From: a virus
Taxonomy: Duplodnaviria > Caudoviricetes
Virus record (IMG/VR): IMGVR_UViG_3300032305_000417
Span: 1 to 33,682 of that record
Length of the DNA stretch: 33,682 nucleotides
Strand: one strand, 5' to 3'
Shown here: in pieces, positions 1-9,087 of the stretch
How positions within the stretch are numbered: position 1 is the stretch's first letter
How the letters are laid out: each line of letters begins with the position of its first letter
Translations under genes and position numbers: made by a program
The notes under the pieces: model-generated
The model's input: only the letters and a program-made list of their open reading frames with translations
What the model was told of the DNA's origin: nothing
Database searches by the model: none

Positions 1-120
1 AAACTCGTTCTCGCTACATAGTGGAGCAGCCATATCAATCCTTCAGTTTAAGTCGCCAAAATAAAGTGCCAGTAGCACCCCAAGGTTTACTCGGCTCAAA
101 CAATTTGAAACCTGTGGCTA
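1..120. repeat. Terminal direct repeat, left copy (identical to 33563-33682); circular assembly overlap
   Basis: First 120 nt (aaactcgttc...cctgtggcta) recur exactly at the window end; reading frames continue across the junction. Confidence 0.97.
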
Positions 121-463
121 TCAAACTATTAGAGGATGCAGGGTTGAGATATGTATCGGTAACTAACCAGTTCCAGCCTAATGCTTTGGCTTGGCGAATA
201 CGCGCCCGTATAAGACGTTTCTGAATTCCGTGTCCACGATAGCCAGATAGAACGCCCGCACGACACAGATAACCAGTATCAAGCCAACGCACACTGGGAA
301 CAAGACCGCCAAAAGCACACGGCAAATTAAGTGCGTCATAGACTATCCACCAGTAACCATAGTTAGTATCAAATGGCGCATCCCCTGGCAAGCACTTCTG
401 TTGAAGCAACGCCAAAGTTTCTTGTATCGCGGAACATCTAGTGTCAACACGCTTGATTTTCAT
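35..463 (-). CDS. GNAT-family N-acetyltransferase
   Basis: Acetyl-CoA motif A (AGVLSGYRGHGIQKRLI) and motif B (NPASSNSLIATGF); start MKIKRVD chosen. Confidence 0.85.
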   Translation of the reverse strand: MKIKRVDTRCSAIQETLALLQQKCLPGDAPFDTNYGYWWIVYDALNLPCAFGGLVPSVRWLDTGYLCRAGVLSGYRGHGIQKRLIRARIRQAKALGWNWLVTDTYLNPASSNSLIATGFKLFEPSKPWGATGTLFWRLKLKD

Positions 464-522
464 AAGCGTATTACACATTGGCAGTATGTACTATTTATGA
501 ATAAGCGCGTGTGCCAGCCATG

Positions 523-528
523 TATAAT
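523..528 (+). promoter_or_regulatory. Consensus -10 box (TATAAT) upstream of HNH gene
   Basis: Perfect TATAAT 24 nt before an ATG preceded by AGGAG; no clear -35. Confidence 0.45.
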
Positions 529-551
529 GCGCCTATATGATAGGAGCAATC

Positions 552-1046
552 ATGGAAAGAACAGACAGCCATTTCACAAAAGAACATTTGCAATCCTTGT
601 TTTTCTATAAAGATGGGCAATTGTATTGGAAACAAACAAAAGGCAGACGCATTGCTAACACCCTTGCTGGCGCAAGATCGCATCATTACTGGCAAATCTG
701 CATAGATTACGTTATTTATCGAACGCACAGACTTGTGTGGATTTACCATCATGGTTATTCGCCCGATGTAATTGACCACATTAACGGCGATACATTTGAC
801 AACAGGATTGAAAATTTACGTGAATGTAGCCAATCTCAAAATCAACACAACAGAACAATTAGCAAAAACAACTCATCTGGCGTTAAAGGCGTTGGTTGGT
901 CTAAGCAAAAAAATAAATGGCGAGCGCGACTTATTGTGGATGGAAAACAACAACACCTTGGATTTTTTGATAATTTGCAAGATGCCAAAGAAGTTATACG
1001 CGCAAAACGCATAGAGCTTCATGGCATCTTTGCAAGAAACAATTAA
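552..1046 (+). CDS. HNH homing endonuclease with C-terminal AP2-like DNA-binding domain
   Basis: HRLVW...IDHINGDTFDNRIENLR (HNH_3); SGVKGVGW...KWRARL...HLGFF (AP2); AGGAG before ATG 552. Confidence 0.92.
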   Translation: MERTDSHFTKEHLQSLFFYKDGQLYWKQTKGRRIANTLAGARSHHYWQICIDYVIYRTHRLVWIYHHGYSPDVIDHINGDTFDNRIENLRECSQSQNQHNRTISKNNSSGVKGVGWSKQKNKWRARLIVDGKQQHLGFFDNLQDAKEVIRAKRIELHGIFARNN

Positions 1047-1471
1047 GCGTATGGTCTTGTTGACTGCTTATCAATAATAAGTGCTTGCTTACGTGGTGCG
1101 GTTGCAACAGTATTAGGGATTGAGATGTGCGTCCAGCGGTCAAACTCACGAATCACTTGGTCGTAGCTAATGCCAGACGCAATGATGGCTTTAACAACTT
1201 GATCAGGGGTCATGCTTGGCACACGAATGTCGGCAGCGCAGCCAATACGATGTTGGCTTGTGTCTTTGCTGCCAACCGCATCGTTAACCTGTTTAGACCT
1301 AAAAGCAGAGTTAATCATGATTGGTTTGCCAGCAAGCACAACTTTTACTTGTTCTAAAAAGTCAGCCAAGCGCACTAAATTAGCCAATTCTGCGTCATTA
1401 GGCGTGTTGTCAAACTCACGGTGATCGGTATGCGTAAGTTCTTCAAGCGTAAAGTGGGGCGTTAAGTTCAT
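1043..1471 (-). CDS. Endolysin, peptidase M15A family
   Basis: LTPHFTLEEL start, INSAFRS, SQHRIGCAADI, WTHIS zinc-peptidase motifs. Confidence 0.88.
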   Translation of the reverse strand: MNLTPHFTLEELTHTDHREFDNTPNDAELANLVRLADFLEQVKVVLAGKPIMINSAFRSKQVNDAVGSKDTSQHRIGCAADIRVPSMTPDQVVKAIIASGISYDQVIREFDRWTHISIPNTVATAPRKQALIIDKQSTRPYA

Positions 1472-1965
1472 TTGATTGTCCTCATCATTTCTTCAGTTTT
1501 AGATTTGCTACCAGCAGATGAACCACGATGGAAATTAAGCACAGTACCGCACATGGTAATCAATGAACCAATGGCCATGTATGCAATCTCTTTATTTTCA
1601 ACAGGAACGCCTTTAAAGAACACAATCCAAGTCATGATGATGGTTGCACTCACAATGGCAAAATCAAGCACATAAGCAGCGTTCTTGGCCAACCATGCAG
1701 CATTGGCGGATTCTTGAATCTTGCTGTTCATGTCTCTTGCATTAGCGGTATTGGCCATGTCTAGCTTGGCATATTCCAACTCTAACTCTTGTAATTTTGC
1801 AGCAGCCGCAGGGTCACCAGCAATGGCCTTTGCCACAGCTTCTACGCTGTCCCCGACATTAAGTCGATTAGCAATGGCAGATACGGCAGCAGCGCCAAAA
1901 GGCCCAATAGCGGCAGTTGCCAAAGTAGGCGCAATGCCTTTAAGCAGATTGAATAGTTCATTCAT
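1468..1965 (-). CDS. Holin-like membrane protein
   Basis: N-terminal IAPTLATA..GP segment, two C-terminal TM helices, FHRGSSAGSKSK tail; ATGA-coupled to endolysin. Confidence 0.65.
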   Translation of the reverse strand: MNELFNLLKGIAPTLATAAIGPFGAAAVSAIANRLNVGDSVEAVAKAIAGDPAAAAKLQELELEYAKLDMANTANARDMNSKIQESANAAWLAKNAAYVLDFAIVSATIIMTWIVFFKGVPVENKEIAYMAIGSLITMCGTVLNFHRGSSAGSKSKTEEMMRTIK

Positions 1966-2237
1966 TTCTTTAGCTCCTCTTTAAGTTTTCGCAGTTCTTT
2001 TGCTTCTTGTTTAATCTCAGCCTTCATCCACATCGTTTCAATGTAGGCCACCACCGTCAACCCAACGCAAAGGCACAAAGCCACAATTGCTAAGACCCCA
2101 GCCAAAACTGCGATCTCGCTATAACCTGAATCTTCAAGTCCCACAGAATCGCTGCCAGCATCGCCAAAACGAATGTCGCCCCTGCTAGAACTACCCATAG
2201 ATCGACTAATTGATTGTGTAGGCGCTCTCGTTGCCAT
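1962..2237 (-). CDS. Single-TM protein with C-terminal coiled coil (lysis region), overlapping upstream gene
   Basis: Hydrophobic helix IAVLAGVLAIVALCLCVGLTVVAY then KQEAKELRKLKEELKK; ATGA overlap with holin. Confidence 0.6.
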   Translation of the reverse strand: MATRAPTQSISRSMGSSSRGDIRFGDAGSDSVGLEDSGYSEIAVLAGVLAIVALCLCVGLTVVAYIETMWMKAEIKQEAKELRKLKEELKK

Positions 2238-2872
2238 TTTTTGTACTTCGCCCTTCTAACCTGTTGTAGTCGTGCAAATTCCTGTTCTTCTTCAATCTTT
2301 CCGTACATCGCCAAGAATCTAGAATAGAAATCCTTTAACTCTTTAGGCGCGTAAACCATTGTTTCCCGAATGTCTACCGTCATTTGTTCCAACTGAAGTT
2401 CAACAAAAACCCTGTCCTTTGCCTTGATTGCGCTGTTTTGGTCAGGTTTATAGTCCTTTATAGAGGCTTCTTCTAGGCTTCTGAAATAGTCTTTTAGCTT
2501 CTTTTGTATCTCAAAGAACTCACCTAACTTATCGCTAATGCCAGCAATCGTTTTTAGTTGTAAGATTTCAGGTTCATCTTGTCTCTTTTGTGATGCCTTA
2601 ATCGGTTTTTGTGCGACTAAAGGCGCATTTACTTGTTTTTGTTCAACATAAGAAACAACTTCTTTTTTATTTCCTGCAAAACCAAATAGATTTTTAAGCC
2701 AAGCCCACAACCCTGTAACTGTTTCAATTGATGCTTTGACTTCTGCAACAACGCCCTCGGCATCGCTTTTAAAATCGTCAATAAGAGCGCGACCTTCTTG
2801 CAGATAAGCGCACCCTTGTTTGACAAAACTAACCGCAGCTTGTGCAGCAAGTAAAAGACTGAATGGGTCCAC
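2090..2872 (-). CDS. Coiled-coil protein with C-terminal TM helix (lysis region)
   Basis: Probable GTG start (MDPFSLLLAAQAAV) just after upstream stop; long helical body; C-terminal hydrophobic segment. Confidence 0.75.
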   Translation of the reverse strand: MDPFSLLLAAQAAVSFVKQGCAYLQEGRALIDDFKSDAEGVVAEVKASIETVTGLWAWLKNLFGFAGNKKEVVSYVEQKQVNAPLVAQKPIKASQKRQDEPEILQLKTIAGISDKLGEFFEIQKKLKDYFRSLEEASIKDYKPDQNSAIKAKDRVFVELQLEQMTVDIRETMVYAPKELKDFYSRFLAMYGKIEEEQEFARLQQVRRAKYKKWQRERLHNQLVDLWVVLAGATFVLAMLAAILWDLKIQVIARSQFWLGS

Positions 2873-2873
2873 A

Positions 2874-3119
2874 TTACTTAAACCCGTGATTCCTTGCAAA
2901 ATCAACAATCAGGTAGCCAAACGCACAAATCAAAAACCAGGCTAGACCAGCCATTGTTTTTTCAATAATGGCCTCACGCAAACGAATACTCTGCGCCTCG
3001 CGTTTTATTGCAAGGCGTACCCATTGCAGTTCCTCATCTGTGATAGACGGTAAAACATGGGCTGCTTTTAGCGCAAATGCAATGTCAGCAACGAGTTCTG
3101 AGCGTTCTTCAGGTGTCAT
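2874..3119 (-). CDS. Small membrane protein, holin/antiholin-like
   Basis: Start MTPEERSEL; one C-terminal TM helix (MAGLAWFLICAFGYLIV). Confidence 0.65.
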   Translation of the reverse strand: MTPEERSELVADIAFALKAAHVLPSITDEELQWVRLAIKREAQSIRLREAIIEKTMAGLAWFLICAFGYLIVDFARNHGFK

Positions 3120-3120
3120 G

Positions 3121-3663
3121 TTATGTCTTCTGGATAAAAGCCAATGAGTAGTACAAAGGCAAGTTAGTGCCAATGTTGCTAGTAACAGAACTTGTAAAGC
3201 CGCCTGTGTTGCCCACCGCATAGGTAGCGCCAGAGCCAACAACAAAACTGTCTTTCAGGTTAGGCGTTCCGTTAGTTCCGTCACACAGAACATAACCAGA
3301 AGGAATTGAAGCAATAGAGCCTGACCACATGATGATGCCGCCAGCAGGCACAGCAGACACGCTAGGTGTCGTGCCAATAATGCCATAAAGGTTGTCATAG
3401 GTCTGAATGGTTACGTTGCTGGAATCAGTCAGCACAAACTTGTAGGTAGAGCCAGCGGTCAGCCAAATCTCTTGCGGTGGTCGGCCATCTGTACCCAACT
3501 GGATTGGATTGGTGTTGGCGATCAGGCCAGCAGCATCGGTATAGGTTGTTACAGGCGTTGTTGAGCCTGCTTGGTAAGTATAGATAAAACCGCCCGCAAG
3601 CGGGATGCCTGTGGTGGTAAAAAACTGAAAGCCGTTACCGATGGGGGATAGATTGACTGCCAT
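3121..3663 (-). CDS. Short tailspike-like/tail appendage protein (virion-binding N-domain plus tail-collar-like domain)
   Basis: GIPLAGGFIYTYQAGS..NTNPIQL..GR N-domain; PAGGIIMWSG..PSGYVLCDGTNGTPNL collar motif; syntenic with P22 gene 9. Confidence 0.75.
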   Translation of the reverse strand: MAVNLSPIGNGFQFFTTTGIPLAGGFIYTYQAGSTTPVTTYTDAAGLIANTNPIQLGTDGRPPQEIWLTAGSTYKFVLTDSSNVTIQTYDNLYGIIGTTPSVSAVPAGGIIMWSGSIASIPSGYVLCDGTNGTPNLKDSFVVGSGATYAVGNTGGFTSSVTSNIGTNLPLYYSLAFIQKT

Positions 3664-5777
3664 TATTTTTCCTTAGTTGCCATGCCGCGCATTTCAATGC
3701 GTGGAATATCTGAAATTTTAGTGCCTGGGTTTGCGTACTCTTGCACTTTTTTCATTTTTTGATTAGCGCGGTATTTTTTTACCCCGTAAGTTGCAATAGT
3801 AGTAACAGGGGCAGGAACGCCAGTAGCTGCGCCAGTTAAAGCCATCTCACCCAAAGCGGCAAGCATTGTTGAAGTTGTGCCAGATGTGTTTACAGTGCCT
3901 TGCGGTGTTGTTTGCAAGTCTTTTGTAAACTCATTAAGTGTGCGGTAGCGTTCAGCTTGTTGCTTGCCAAACAAAAAGTCTAGCTTTCCGCTTTTATCAA
4001 GTCCATTTATTTGTTTGTCAAGTTCAGCCGTTGAAACATAAGGTTTTCCGTTAATGTCACGACCAACGCCCTTGGTGGCTTGTTCTTTAATTTTGTCAGC
4101 AGCATAACCACGCAATTCATTAGCAATTTGTTGGCCTTCTGGCCCCATTTTTTCCAACGTAGAAAACACAGCCTTAACGTCAGCGCCAGTGCCTTTGAAA
4201 ATTAGTTTGTCTGCTAGGTTTTCTAAAGGAACAACTCGGTCAGAAGTGCCACGTTTTAATCGTGTAATGTCACGAATAATGCCTTGGTCTTCAAACTCTG
4301 CCTCAAAAGCCTCATTCTTTGCTCTAGCTTTTTTGTAAAGGTCGCCGCCAGCATTTTCGGTCGCTTTGTCAATTTCTTTTTTAAGTTGCTTTCCAAGACG
4401 AACGCTTCCCTTTTTAGAAGGGTCTGCTTCTTCATTGATTAACTTGCGGATGTCTTCCATTGCATTGACAGGAATCATGCCGCTGCCATTTGGGTCATTT
4501 GCTTTTAGTTCTTCTTCAACAATGGCGTAAAGCGGATTTTGCGCTTTCTTTGTTGGGCGACCTTGTGTTTCTTTTTGAATTAAATCGTTAATTCCCTTGT
4601 AAGGCACAGGCTGTGCGGTCTCTCCAGCATCTTGTGCTGCTTTGTATGTGTCAGAAACATCTTGATAACGCTCATTGCGATATTTGCTAACTGTGTCAGA
4701 TACAACTTTGCCAAATTCTGGTGCATCCATGCCAACCATTTGAGCGCCAGTTTGGTCAACTTCGGCTTGCAAGTTACGTTGCAATTTTTCGTTGTGTAAT
4801 GCGTATTTTTCTTGCAATGGTGCGCCAAATTCAGGGCTTTTTGCAGTTTCACGCTCAAACATAACGTCTGAAGGATTACGGGTAATTTGACTTTTAGTCA
4901 TGTCATCACCCATAGGAATCAACAATTGATTGCCGCGCTCTTGACGCAAACGAGCCGCATCAACTTCAGCAGCGCCCATGCCTTTCATGGTTTCTGCTGG
5001 CGCTTTTTCCATGCGTACAGATGGCATTTTTTCTTTAATTTTTTGGAAAGCCTCTTGCATTGGTTTTGTGGCATCTTTAACAGCCCCGCCAAGCATTTTT
5101 GATTCATTTACAAGCGCTTGATCTGCCGCAAAAACACCTTTTTTAACTGCGCCGCCAACTTTTGCTGCCCCTGGCGCAGCAGCAATTGTTAATGTGCCAA
5201 TCATGTTTTCAATGTCGGCTGCTGGTATTCCTAACTTTTTAGAAATTGCTTCAGCACCTTCACCAACGTGCTGCCCAATGTATTCCATTAACTTTTGTGA
5301 TGCTTCGCCTTTATAACCAGCGGTTTCTGTAACGCCAGCAATTTTGCCAAAAGGTTTGTCTACTAATCCAACAATTTTTTGTTGTAAGGCTTGTGCTTGT
5401 TCTGGTGTTTGTTGTGCAGCCCTTGCCCCAGCATAAGTTGCAGCGCCAGCAATAGCAGGAATAACACCGCCAATTGTGGTGTCAGCAAGCGAAGCTAATC
5501 CTTGACCAAATGTTGCCAAAGATGATGCGCCGCTTTCTTTTGGGGCTTTAATTTGACCAGTTGCAACTTGATATGCTTGCTTGTCCAAATTCTTCATGTC
5601 AAATGAAAAATTGTCTTGAGGCTGAGTTGGCTGGCCTTCTGGCTCTGGCTGTAAATCTGGTCGGATGCTAGACACATCCTGACCAAACAGCTTTTTTTTC
5701 TGAGGCTCAATAGGCTGAGTTTTGCTAGAAACACCACGAGCCGCAGCGTCTAAGGCTTCAATGGAAAATTCAGACAT
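3663..5777 (-). CDS. DNA ejection protein (P22 gp16 position)
   Basis: 704 aa, helical Ala/Lys/Gln-rich, third of three large ORFs after tail hub genes. Confidence 0.65.
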   Translation of the reverse strand: MSEFSIEALDAAARGVSSKTQPIEPQKKKLFGQDVSSIRPDLQPEPEGQPTQPQDNFSFDMKNLDKQAYQVATGQIKAPKESGASSLATFGQGLASLADTTIGGVIPAIAGAATYAGARAAQQTPEQAQALQQKIVGLVDKPFGKIAGVTETAGYKGEASQKLMEYIGQHVGEGAEAISKKLGIPAADIENMIGTLTIAAAPGAAKVGGAVKKGVFAADQALVNESKMLGGAVKDATKPMQEAFQKIKEKMPSVRMEKAPAETMKGMGAAEVDAARLRQERGNQLLIPMGDDMTKSQITRNPSDVMFERETAKSPEFGAPLQEKYALHNEKLQRNLQAEVDQTGAQMVGMDAPEFGKVVSDTVSKYRNERYQDVSDTYKAAQDAGETAQPVPYKGINDLIQKETQGRPTKKAQNPLYAIVEEELKANDPNGSGMIPVNAMEDIRKLINEEADPSKKGSVRLGKQLKKEIDKATENAGGDLYKKARAKNEAFEAEFEDQGIIRDITRLKRGTSDRVVPLENLADKLIFKGTGADVKAVFSTLEKMGPEGQQIANELRGYAADKIKEQATKGVGRDINGKPYVSTAELDKQINGLDKSGKLDFLFGKQQAERYRTLNEFTKDLQTTPQGTVNTSGTTSTMLAALGEMALTGAATGVPAPVTTIATYGVKKYRANQKMKKVQEYANPGTKISDIPRIEMRGMATKEK

Positions 5778-7216
5778 TACTGGCCTTTCGTGATTAGATC
5801 ATTCAGTTTACCAGCACGTTTTAGCATATCTTTGTAACCTTCAGAGCCATAGCCGCCAACAGATTTAATCATTTCTCGTGCGCCCTCGGGGTCTGCTTTA
5901 GCGTTACGCATAGCATCAACAAATTGCAAAGTTGGAAGCAATTGTTCTTGTGTTGACCATTTGTTTTGGAAATCACGAGCCGCAAATGGCGAATTGTTAG
6001 CTTTTTCAACAGCAGAATTAACGCCACGATTAAACATATCTGTGCTAGTAGTCAATGCACGATTCATTCGCGCTGTTGATTTAATTGCTTCTGGTGTCCA
6101 TTCAGTAGTACCAGACATTTTTTCAGCCAAACCACGCGCAGCATCAGTACCCAAATTGGCACTAGAAGCCAAAGTTGCGGTTTCAAGAGCCAATTGATGG
6201 CCCAAGATTTGACGGTTTTGCGTAGCGTTAGAAGTCCAAGGAGCAATGGCATAACCACCGCCTAATTTAGCCAAAGTTTCAGCATTAGCACCAACCAACG
6301 CTTTGTCAGCTAATTCAACAATTTTGTTGTTGTTGTATTGTGATGTTTGCACCGTTGTTGCAGCTTTGTTGGCTTGCAACTGAATTGCTTTTGCGGCATC
6401 TGCTGTTGCCGCAGTTTCGCCAGACGGCAATGTTTGGAAACCGCCACCACCGCCGCCGCCACCACCGCCTGCAACTGAGCCGCCAGGCGCGGGGCGACTA
6501 GAAATCACATTGCCATTTGCATCTTTTGTAACAACCAACATATTTTTAGAATATGGGTCTTGCACAAGTGATTCTTGTTCGGCAGGAGTAATTTGCATTG
6601 GAACTGCTGGTGTTTTTCCAGCGCCGCCGCCTTGGTATGGGCTTTCGTAAATAGGAATTGCCATTTGTCCAGTATTAACAAATCTTGCTGGCGCATTAAG
6701 CTGGCTAAATTGTTTTTCGTTACCACCACGTTGAATAATGTTTTTTACAACTTGACTAACCAATTCTGGTTTTTGTTCGATTGTTTGATACATAGGGGCG
6801 GCAGAACTTCTAAGCAAAACAGGGTCTATACCTTTTGCTTTTAAACGGTCTTCACGCTCCATCAATGCCTCAACCGCGCCACGTTTGTCTTTTGCTGCGT
6901 TTAACCATCGTGGGTCAGCTTGTAAAGTTCCAAGCTCATCAAAAATCATTTGTTGTTGCTTGTCAGTAAACCCTAATTGTTTTTCTTTTGTTCCAATTTC
7001 AGCTTGGCTAACTTCTTCTGTTGCCTTACGCACAGCCAAAGGATTTAACTTTTCGGCTTGTTCAATGTCCATCTGCGCTTTTTGAAGCTGCAAAGGGTTT
7101 AATTGGCCTTGTTGTTGGTAAGCCTGCACACCACGCGCAAGGTTAACCATGTCGCTAAGGCTTGTGGTTGGCTGTGCCGCAGGGCCAAGGTTTGTATTGA
7201 ATTGATAATCTGCCAT
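5777..7216 (-). CDS. DNA ejection protein (P22 gp20 position)
   Basis: 479 aa, Gln-rich N-terminus, poly-Gly linker, synteny. Confidence 0.65.
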   Translation of the reverse strand: MADYQFNTNLGPAAQPTTSLSDMVNLARGVQAYQQQGQLNPLQLQKAQMDIEQAEKLNPLAVRKATEEVSQAEIGTKEKQLGFTDKQQQMIFDELGTLQADPRWLNAAKDKRGAVEALMEREDRLKAKGIDPVLLRSSAAPMYQTIEQKPELVSQVVKNIIQRGGNEKQFSQLNAPARFVNTGQMAIPIYESPYQGGGAGKTPAVPMQITPAEQESLVQDPYSKNMLVVTKDANGNVISSRPAPGGSVAGGGGGGGGGGFQTLPSGETAATADAAKAIQLQANKAATTVQTSQYNNNKIVELADKALVGANAETLAKLGGGYAIAPWTSNATQNRQILGHQLALETATLASSANLGTDAARGLAEKMSGTTEWTPEAIKSTARMNRALTTSTDMFNRGVNSAVEKANNSPFAARDFQNKWSTQEQLLPTLQFVDAMRNAKADPEGAREMIKSVGGYGSEGYKDMLKRAGKLNDLITKGQ

Positions 7217-7225
7217 TTTTAATCC

Positions 7226-8452
7226 TTATGCAACACGACCGCTTTGGTTAAGCAACTGAGACAACATATAAGTGTTACCAACGTTGCCCACAGTATTTGC
7301 CAGCGCGTTAGTTGAACCAACTTGGCCAGCCGCTTGAGCCGCTGCGCTACCAATGCCTAATGAAGTTGCTGCATTTGTTGCGTTTGCTGCCGCTGTGTTT
7401 GTTGCTGTTTGACCTGTTTGACCAATGCCAGCAATACCAGCCAAAGTGTTGTAAATGTTTGATCGTTGGTTCTGGAAGTTGGTAAACGCATTTTGATACG
7501 CATTGCATGCGTAGTCTTGCGTAAACCTGTTTAGACCTTGCAACGCATTACCGCCAATAGCACCGCCGCCCATATTGGCAGCACGTTGGTTAGCCATTTG
7601 GCCTTGACTAAGCATAAAGTCATAGTTAGGAGCCAAGCCACTTCTTAAGTCATTAGCGTCAAATTGTTTGGTCAAATAACCAGAACCTTGCCCAATGCCC
7701 GTAGGGTTTCCAGCAGCGTCATACATTTCGTATGTGCCGCTACCAAGGCTACCAATGTCGTTCAATGCGCCATAACCAGCGGTGCGATAAGGCGCTTGTT
7801 GTTGGTTAATGGTGTTAAACATTTGGCCTTGCAGAGCCGTTCCACTTTGCGCCGCCGCCGATTGAATGTCAGCAGCTTTTTTAGCGGCGTTAGCTTGCAG
7901 CAAACCAGTAACAGCTTGACCGCCAACCATGTAAGGCAACGCAGATGACAAAGCAGAACCGCCAGCAGCACCAGCACCTAATGTGCCTAATGTACCCATT
8001 GTTCCCAAACTTGTTCCTATTCCAGAACCTAACCCGCCAGCAGCCAAAGTGCCACCTTGAGCGCCCGCAAGTGTTCCAGCAGTAGTAGCTCCAGTTAAGC
8101 CTTGAGCGCCACTCATAGTGCCTAAGTTTGTAGTTGTACCGCCTACAAGACCTTGAGAACCAGTTAAACTTAAACCAGTACCCGTAGAACCAGTAGCAGC
8201 GCCACTAGCAATTTCCCCACCTACAACTTCAGACGTTGGAACAACAGAACCAGATGCGTTCATGTATGCGCTAATTTCTGGCGCATAGTAGTAACCCCCA
8301 GCCAACAAAGCCGCAGTAGTCCAGCCGCCAGGTATTTCGGTGTTTACAAAATCGTCAAACTGTGAGCCTGCATCAGACACAGCGCCTGCAATGCCGCTAA
8401 CAGCATCTCCAATTCCATTTGCAACAGCAGATATAGGATTTCCACCACTCAT
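7226..8452 (-). CDS. DNA ejection/pilot protein (P22 gp7-like)
   Basis: Gly/Ala-rich; QQQAPYRTAGYGAL and PNYDFMLSQGQ..GGNALQGL motifs; ATGA overlap with upstream gene fixes start at 8452. Confidence 0.72.
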   Translation of the reverse strand: MSGGNPISAVANGIGDAVSGIAGAVSDAGSQFDDFVNTEIPGGWTTAALLAGGYYYAPEISAYMNASGSVVPTSEVVGGEIASGAATGSTGTGLSLTGSQGLVGGTTTNLGTMSGAQGLTGATTAGTLAGAQGGTLAAGGLGSGIGTSLGTMGTLGTLGAGAAGGSALSSALPYMVGGQAVTGLLQANAAKKAADIQSAAAQSGTALQGQMFNTINQQQAPYRTAGYGALNDIGSLGSGTYEMYDAAGNPTGIGQGSGYLTKQFDANDLRSGLAPNYDFMLSQGQMANQRAANMGGGAIGGNALQGLNRFTQDYACNAYQNAFTNFQNQRSNIYNTLAGIAGIGQTGQTATNTAAANATNAATSLGIGSAAAQAAGQVGSTNALANTVGNVGNTYMLSQLLNQSGRVA

Positions 8453-8850
8453 AATTTTTTCTCCACCAAAATGGAACGCTCTCGGAATCCGAGTTTGCGC
8501 CATAGCCTTGCGACTGATTCTCTTACACTACCTTGTATTTTAGTCGCACCATGCAACTTTAAGATAGCCTGAAATTGCTCAAAAGTCTCTGAATTCGTGA
8601 TGTTTTTACCGCCAATCGCAGTAATAAACGCCACACGGTCGTTTGGCATATTTGAAAACTGCACAGCAATAACGCCCAACAACTTTTCTTCAAACACCCC
8701 TAGCGTTAGCCATTGGCCTGAAGAAACATAAACCTTAACTTGGTCAATGGTGAAATCTCCACCAGAATGAGCCAATGAATCCTCAATAAAAGGCGCAATT
8801 TCCTGCCATCTTTGTGCGATCTGGTCAGGGGTTATGCGTAGAATTTTCAT
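8449..8850 (-). CDS. Virion-assembly GNAT-fold protein (P22 gp14 position)
   Basis: VAFITAIGG, ARLWRKLGF motifs; located between needle and ejection genes. Confidence 0.6.
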   Translation of the reverse strand: MKILRITPDQIAQRWQEIAPFIEDSLAHSGGDFTIDQVKVYVSSGQWLTLGVFEEKLLGVIAVQFSNMPNDRVAFITAIGGKNITNSETFEQFQAILKLHGATKIQGSVRESVARLWRKLGFRERSILVEKKL

Positions 8851-9087
8851 TTAAGGATTGTAATAAGGAACTTTGTAAGGCTTGCCGTTTACAGTCACAT
8901 CTATGAACCCAACAGGGTTGGCGGGTAACGTTGCCGAACCCGCTGTTGCTGTTGTTGCCGAGGAAAAGTTCAACAGATTCAAAAAGAATTGTTGCCATGC
9001 CCGTGTCGGTCTTTTTGTAGCCCCATCCAAGAATTCACTCTGTGGATACGGGTTTACTTGGGGAGAGCTATAAAGTCCACTAGCCAT
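8851..9087 (-). CDS. Short tail needle/plug protein (P22 gp26 position)
   Basis: PTRAWQQFFLNL N-terminus, ATLPANPVGF..KVPYY C-terminus; synteny. Confidence 0.55.
   Translation of the reverse strand: MASGLYSSPQVNPYPQSEFLDGATKRPTRAWQQFFLNLLNFSSATTATAGSATLPANPVGFIDVTVNGKPYKVPYYNP

Noticed and set aside
1-120. Terminal repeat as a biological fixed DTR
   Set aside because: It falls inside coding genes and is typical of assembler overlap; P22-like phages usually package headfuls with circular permutation
6441-6470. CCG/CCA tandem repeat
   Set aside because: Simply encodes a poly-Gly linker in an ejection protein
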